DNA of 64,000 nucleotides from an uncultured Acidobacteriota bacterium (GTDB lineage: Bacteria > Acidobacteriota > Thermoanaerobaculia > UBA5066), in NCBI GenBank assembly GCA_963721385.1, contig CAVRJB010000019.1:389513-453512 (forward strand), given 5' to 3'. A program made the position numbers and the translations under genes. The notes under the pieces are model-generated. The model saw only the letters and a list, made by a program, of their open reading frames with translations. It had not been told where the DNA came from and searched no databases. This document shows positions 60,054 to 64,000 of the stretch, one piece after another; position 1 is the stretch's first letter; the number at the start of each line of letters is the position of its first letter.

Positions 60054-61496
60054 TCAGCTCGAGCGCTCGGCGGCTGCGGCCGTTCGGAAGGCGTCCAGAA
60101 AGAGCCCGAGGTGGCGCCGTTCGGTCCGGACGTTTCCGATCGCTGCGCGGAGGACGTATCGGCCTCTCAGGACGGAATGCGAGATGAAGCTCCGCCCGTC
60201 GGTGTTGATCCGCTCGAGAATCCGGCGGTTCGCCTCGTCGGCTTCTTCCGGCGAGAGCCCGGGTGGCGCAAAGCGAAACGCCACGACCGAGAACGGCGTC
60301 GGCGCGACGATCTCGACGAACGGCTCTCTCTCGAGCGCCGCGCGGAGCTCCTTCGCGAGCTCGAGGTGGTGCCGGAGCCGCGCGCGAACCCCCTCGACGC
60401 CGAAGGCGCGGAGCGTCATCCACATCTTCAGCGCGCGGAAGCGGCGCCCCAGCTGGACGCCGTAGTCCATGTACTCGCGAACGCCCCCCTTCCCTTCGGG
60501 GGTCTCGAGGTAGGCCGGGACGACCGAGAAGGCGCGGCGGACCCGCTCCATCCGCCGGAAAAGGAGGGCCGTGCACTCGAGCGGGACCAGCATCCACTTG
60601 TGCGGGTTGAAGAGGACCGAGTCGGCGCGCTCCCACCCCGCGAAGAGAGGTCGCATCTCGGGGAGCGCGGCCGCCGAGCCGGCGTAGGCGGCGTCCACGT
60701 GGAGCCAGAGCTTCTCGCGCTCGCAGATCGCGGCGATCGCCTCGCACGGGTCGACCGAGGTGAAGCTCGTCGTCCCGACGGTGGCCACGACCGCGACGGG
60801 GACGCGGCCGGCGGCCCGGTCTTCCGAGATCGCCGCCGCGAGGGCGTCGGGGCGCATCCGGAACTCCGCGTCGACCGGGATCTTGCGGAGCCCCGAGGTC
60901 CCGAAGCCGAGGACGACGCACGCCTTGTCGATCGAGGAGTGGGCGTGCTCCGAGGCGTAGACGACACCGGCGGGGCGCCCGGCGAGCCCCGTCTTCCGGA
61001 CGTCGGGGAAGGCCTGCTCGCGCGCGGCCGTGAGCGCGATGAGCGAGCCGGTCGAGGCGGTGTCGGCGAGCTGGCCGTCGAAGCCGTCGGGGGCGGGCGG
61101 CAGTCCGACGATCTCGACGAGCCATTTCACGACCACCTGCTCGAGCTCGGTCAGGACGGGCGACGTCCGCCAGAGGATCCCGACCTGGTTGTACCCGGCG
61201 GCCAGGAAGTCGCCGACGACGGCCGGGGCGACGCCGGTGTTCGCGAAGTAGGCGAGGTAGCCGGGGTGCTGCCAGTGCGTCAGGTTCGGCTCGACGATCG
61301 CGTCGAGGTCGCGCTCGATCGCCTCCCACGGCTCGGGGTTCTCGGGGGGATGGGGCGGGAGCTGCGCGATCACCTCGCCCGGCTTCGTCCGCGCGAGGAC
61401 CGGCCGCGACTCCAGCGTCTCGAAGTAGCGGGCCAGCCGCTCGACCGCGGCGTTCCCCATCTTCCGGAACTCCTCGGGAGTGAAGTCGCCGCCCAT
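60054..61496 (-). CDS. PLP-dependent group II decarboxylase (aromatic-L-amino-acid decarboxylase-like), second copy in the window
   Basis: HWQHPGYLAYFANTG, DTASTGSLIAL, LHVDAAYAGSAA, PLP-lysine motif FNPHKWMLVPLECT. 480 aa. Confidence 0.88.
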   Translation of the reverse strand: MGGDFTPEEFRKMGNAAVERLARYFETLESRPVLARTKPGEVIAQLPPHPPENPEPWEAIERDLDAIVEPNLTHWQHPGYLAYFANTGVAPAVVGDFLAAGYNQVGILWRTSPVLTELEQVVVKWLVEIVGLPPAPDGFDGQLADTASTGSLIALTAAREQAFPDVRKTGLAGRPAGVVYASEHAHSSIDKACVVLGFGTSGLRKIPVDAEFRMRPDALAAAISEDRAAGRVPVAVVATVGTTSFTSVDPCEAIAAICEREKLWLHVDAAYAGSAAALPEMRPLFAGWERADSVLFNPHKWMLVPLECTALLFRRMERVRRAFSVVPAYLETPEGKGGVREYMDYGVQLGRRFRALKMWMTLRAFGVEGVRARLRHHLELAKELRAALEREPFVEIVAPTPFSVVAFRFAPPGLSPEEADEANRRILERINTDGRSFISHSVLRGRYVLRAAIGNVRTERRHLGLFLDAFRTAAAAERSS

Positions 61497-61523
61497 CGGG
61501 CCGATCTTAGGCGAGGCTTGGGA

Positions 61524-63410
61524 TTACGGCGTTGCCGTGACGCGCGTCCGCGTGACGCCCGAGCGGGATTCGAGGAGGTCCGTCACGGTGACCGTCAGAT
61601 CCCAGCGCCCGGTGGCGAGTGGAAGCGTCAACGTCTTGACGGAGCTCTGGCCGGAGGCGGCGGCGTACTCGGCTCCCGTCATCGAGAGGAAGAAGTCGTC
61701 GGTGAAGGTCTCGCTCCCTTTGCCGTCGGCCGAGTCGGCCTTCACGGTAATCCGGGTCGAGGCGACCATCGCGTCCTCCTCGGGGAGGAACTTCAGGTCG
61801 TCGTTCGGCACGAGGACGTCGAGCTTGTAGAAGACCTGTCCCGAGACGGTGGTCGTCGTCGCGCTCTTTCCTTTCCAGTTCAGCGTCACCCCGATCGGCT
61901 TCAGGACCTGCCGCCCGGCGCCCGGGCGCCGTTCGTCCGCCGCGGAGCGGAGCCTTCCGCGGTCGGCTTCCCGCGCCGCGGCCCCCGCCTGGGCCGGCTG
62001 CGGCCCCGGCGCCTTCGGCTGGTACGCCGACCGGAAGTAGGCCTTGAGGCCGTTCCGCTTCACGTTCACGACGACCTTGTACGACCTCCGCGGGTCGACG
62101 TCGGTCATCCGGACGGCGAGTCGGTAGGCGCCGGATGAGGCGGACAGGAAGGAGGAGACGGCGCCGGCGAAGTCCCCCGCGCCCGGCCGGACGAGGCCGC
62201 CCGTGACCTCCGCGAAGCGGACGGGGGAGTCCTGGAGGTTCAGCCGCTCGGCCGGCGTGTCGCGGAACCGGTCGCCGCTCGACGTCTCGGCGGTCGGCGC
62301 GTCCGAGCCGAAGTAGGGGTCGAGAAAGTGAAGCGTGATCCCCGACGCGGCGAGCCAGCGCTCGAAGTCTTCCACCTGGGAAAGCCGCGTCGCCATGACG
62401 CCGCCGCTCGACGTCATCGAGGCGCCCGGGAGGTTCGGCTTCGCGTCGACGAAGGCCGGCGGGACCCCCCCGCTCGCACGAGATATGTTGGCGGCCTTGA
62501 CGGCGACGTCGACGCGGGCGAGGAAATTCTGCCCCGGCGTCCGCTCGAAGCCCCGCGTGACGAAAACGAGCGTCTTCCGTCCGTCGAGGTCGGCGAAGTC
62601 GCGGCAGACGAGGCGCATGCCCTCGAGGAGGTCCAGCGTCCGCTGCCGCTCTCCGTCGACGTACTCCCGGATCCGGCGCCAGGAGTCTGCGGAGGCGTCC
62701 CGGTTTCCGGTTCGCATCGCGTTGAGGAGCCCTTCGACGAGCCATCGCTCGGTCGACTGGCGCCGTTCGTAGTTCCGCGGGTTCTCGACCGGCGCACCCC
62801 GTCCCATCCCGGAGGTCGCAGGTGAGGTGCCGCTGGCGGAGGCGTCACCGAAGTCTGCCGACACGGTGGCATCGAGCGTCTCCATCTGGGACGTGGCCCG
62901 GTCGAGCACCTCCTCGTCCCAGGCGAGGACGGACGAGCGGCCGTACTGCGCGGCGACGGAGAAGCGGACGGGGGGCGGGACGCTCGCGAGGATCGGCGGG
63001 ATCACCTCCGCGGCCTTGCGGATCGATTCGCGCGGCAGCTCCTCGAGGTCGAAGTAGAAGAGGACGTGCTGCGTCGCGCGGCCGTTCCCCTGGACCGGCA
63101 CGGTCGTCCCGGCGATCCGCTCGGCGGGCGGCGCGGGAAGACCGGGCGCAGGCGGCCCTTCGAACCCCTCGATCGGCTGGACGGCGCGGGCGATCAGGAC
63201 CTCGAAGTCGTCCTTCGTGAGGCCGGCGACCGGCCGCTGCTTCGAGTCGAGGACGAGGACGTCCAGCTCGAGGATGTCGACGTCCACCTTCGTGACGATC
63301 TGCCCCGGGCGGGCGGGTGTCGGCGTCGGCGGCGGCGTCTGGGCAACGGCCGGGAATGCCGCTTGTGAGAGGGCGAGGAGAAAAGCGCAGGCGCGCCGAA
63401 AGAGGCTCAG
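61524..63410 (-). CDS. VWA-domain protein of the 'VWFA-related acidobacterial domain' type, secreted; start uncertain (probably CTG 63410)
   Basis: (L)SLFRRACAFLLALSQAAFPAVAQ signal peptide, then VTKVDVDILELDVLVLDSKQRPVAGLTKDDFEVL, paralleling 44830-46497. No ATG, GTG or TTG lies between the signal peptide and the upstream gene. Confidence 0.78.
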   Translation of the reverse strand: MSLFRRACAFLLALSQAAFPAVAQTPPPTPTPARPGQIVTKVDVDILELDVLVLDSKQRPVAGLTKDDFEVLIARAVQPIEGFEGPPAPGLPAPPAERIAGTTVPVQGNGRATQHVLFYFDLEELPRESIRKAAEVIPPILASVPPPVRFSVAAQYGRSSVLAWDEEVLDRATSQMETLDATVSADFGDASASGTSPATSGMGRGAPVENPRNYERRQSTERWLVEGLLNAMRTGNRDASADSWRRIREYVDGERQRTLDLLEGMRLVCRDFADLDGRKTLVFVTRGFERTPGQNFLARVDVAVKAANISRASGGVPPAFVDAKPNLPGASMTSSGGVMATRLSQVEDFERWLAASGITLHFLDPYFGSDAPTAETSSGDRFRDTPAERLNLQDSPVRFAEVTGGLVRPGAGDFAGAVSSFLSASSGAYRLAVRMTDVDPRRSYKVVVNVKRNGLKAYFRSAYQPKAPGPQPAQAGAAAREADRGRLRSAADERRPGAGRQVLKPIGVTLNWKGKSATTTTVSGQVFYKLDVLVPNDDLKFLPEEDAMVASTRITVKADSADGKGSETFTDDFFLSMTGAEYAAASGQSSVKTLTLPLATGRWDLTVTVTDLLESRSGVTRTRVTATP

Positions 63411-63715
63411 GCCGGGCCCTTCTCCTTCTTCTCGCCCTTCGTGGGCTCCTGCGGGATCTGGAGCGGCCCCGTCTTGAGGTCTTCCCGGATCAGGAGGTCG
63501 AGGAAGAGCGTCCGGACGCCGTCCTTTCCCTCGATCCGGTAGACGCGCCTCACGTCGTCGGGCTTCAGCTCGATGCCGGTCATCGCCTTCAGGTACTGGC
63601 AGAAGACGATGGCGCGCGAGCGGAAGGAGACGATGAGGATGAGGAGGAGAAGGAGCGCGAATGCCAGCGGCAGGTAGCCGACGATTTCCCGGATCTCGAA
63701 GATGGAAGTGTTCAT
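63407..63715 (-). CDS. hypothetical small membrane protein (102 aa, one TM segment)
   Basis: TM segment VGYLPLAFALLLLLILIVSF, then a ~60-aa soluble part with a Lys/Glu-rich end. The stop overlaps the proposed CTG of the next gene (CTGA). Confidence 0.55.
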   Translation of the reverse strand: MNTSIFEIREIVGYLPLAFALLLLLILIVSFRSRAIVFCQYLKAMTGIELKPDDVRRVYRIEGKDGVRTLFLDLLIREDLKTGPLQIPQEPTKGEKKEKGPA

Positions 63716-63768
63716 ATCCGCCTGAGGCGCTTCGATTTTTCCCCGGGTTGCTGCCGGTCAATGATACG

Positions 63769-64000
63769 TCAGGAAGCCGCCGCGCCGCGCTCCCACTCGG
63801 CGATCCGCCTCTCTGTTCCTCCCAGCGCGTCGGCGAGCGATGCGATCGCGACGCGCGCACGGGCCGGGTCGGAGCAGGTGAAGAGGTCGACCGCGGCCTC
63901 GCCCCGCTCGGGCCAGGTGTGGATCGTCAGGTGCGATTCGGCGATGACGATGACCCCGCTCACCCCCTGCGGCGCGAGGCGGTGCATGTGGACGCCGAGG
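63769..64000 (-). CDS. speH: S-adenosylmethionine decarboxylase proenzyme (small SpeH type), 5-prime partial at the window edge
   Basis: [13 protein letters not shown] contains the Glu-Ser self-cleavage site and the conserved HTWPE. The frame is open to nt 64000. Confidence 0.85.
   Translation of the reverse strand, partial: LGVHMHRLAPQGVSGVIVIAESHLTIHTWPERGEAAVDLFTCSDPARARVAIASLADALGGTERRIAEWERGAAAS

Overview
This is a 64-kb, high-GC window (roughly 70% by eye, not computed) with very dense coding. I support about 55 protein genes and one tRNA. I found no rRNA, CRISPR array, transposase/integrase, phage genes or recognisable defence genes. Intergenic gaps are all under about 150 nt, and many gene junctions are 4-nt start/stop overlaps (ATGA, GTGA, TTGA).

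The gene content points, by inference only, to an Acidobacteriota-like chromosome: two 'VWFA-related acidobacterial domain' type proteins, a Ser/Thr kinase fused to a TolB-like domain and TPR repeats, an SBBP-repeat giant protein, and multiplied MacB/FtsX-type permeases.

Most of the window is housekeeping:
- ligA, an NtrC-type sigma-54 activator, and a wax-ester/TAG synthase convergent with ppk.
- glmM, a PLP decarboxylase and a Tat-exported msrB.
- An Rrf2(CymR-like)-sbp-cysTWA sulfate uptake unit.
- tRNA(CAT)-tilS-hpt-ftsH, then two OmpA paralogs, then folP.
- An M64 peptidase and thpR.
- A 1,937-aa repeat-rich secreted protein followed by a GT87 glycosyltransferase.
- A phosphodiesterase, rsmH and malic enzyme.
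- rlmI, a VWA protein and a GT4 glycosyltransferase.
- A 15-kb co-directional minus-strand block: speH, a small membrane protein, VWA, a PLP decarboxylase, hlyD, an ABC ATPase, four FtsX-type permeases, an AidB-like acyl-CoA dehydrogenase, an Rrf2 regulator, a UbiD-family decarboxylase and a GspE-N-only protein.

Caveat: at least five conserved genes (ligA, ppk, a solute-binding protein, the Ser/Thr kinase, ubiD) have broken reading frames. Most breaks sit at short homopolymers, so assembly indels are the simplest explanation. I typed internally broken genes as pseudogene 'as given'.

I cannot point to a clear-cut novel system. The best candidates for a second look are:
- the exporter translationally coupled to AidB-like, Rrf2 and UbiD genes, with four tandem permeases;
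- the pair of coiled-coil OmpA paralogs inserted into the tilS-hpt-ftsH-folP neighbourhood, next to an Hpt homologue with a degenerate PRPP motif;
- the modular giant protein plus GT87 pair.
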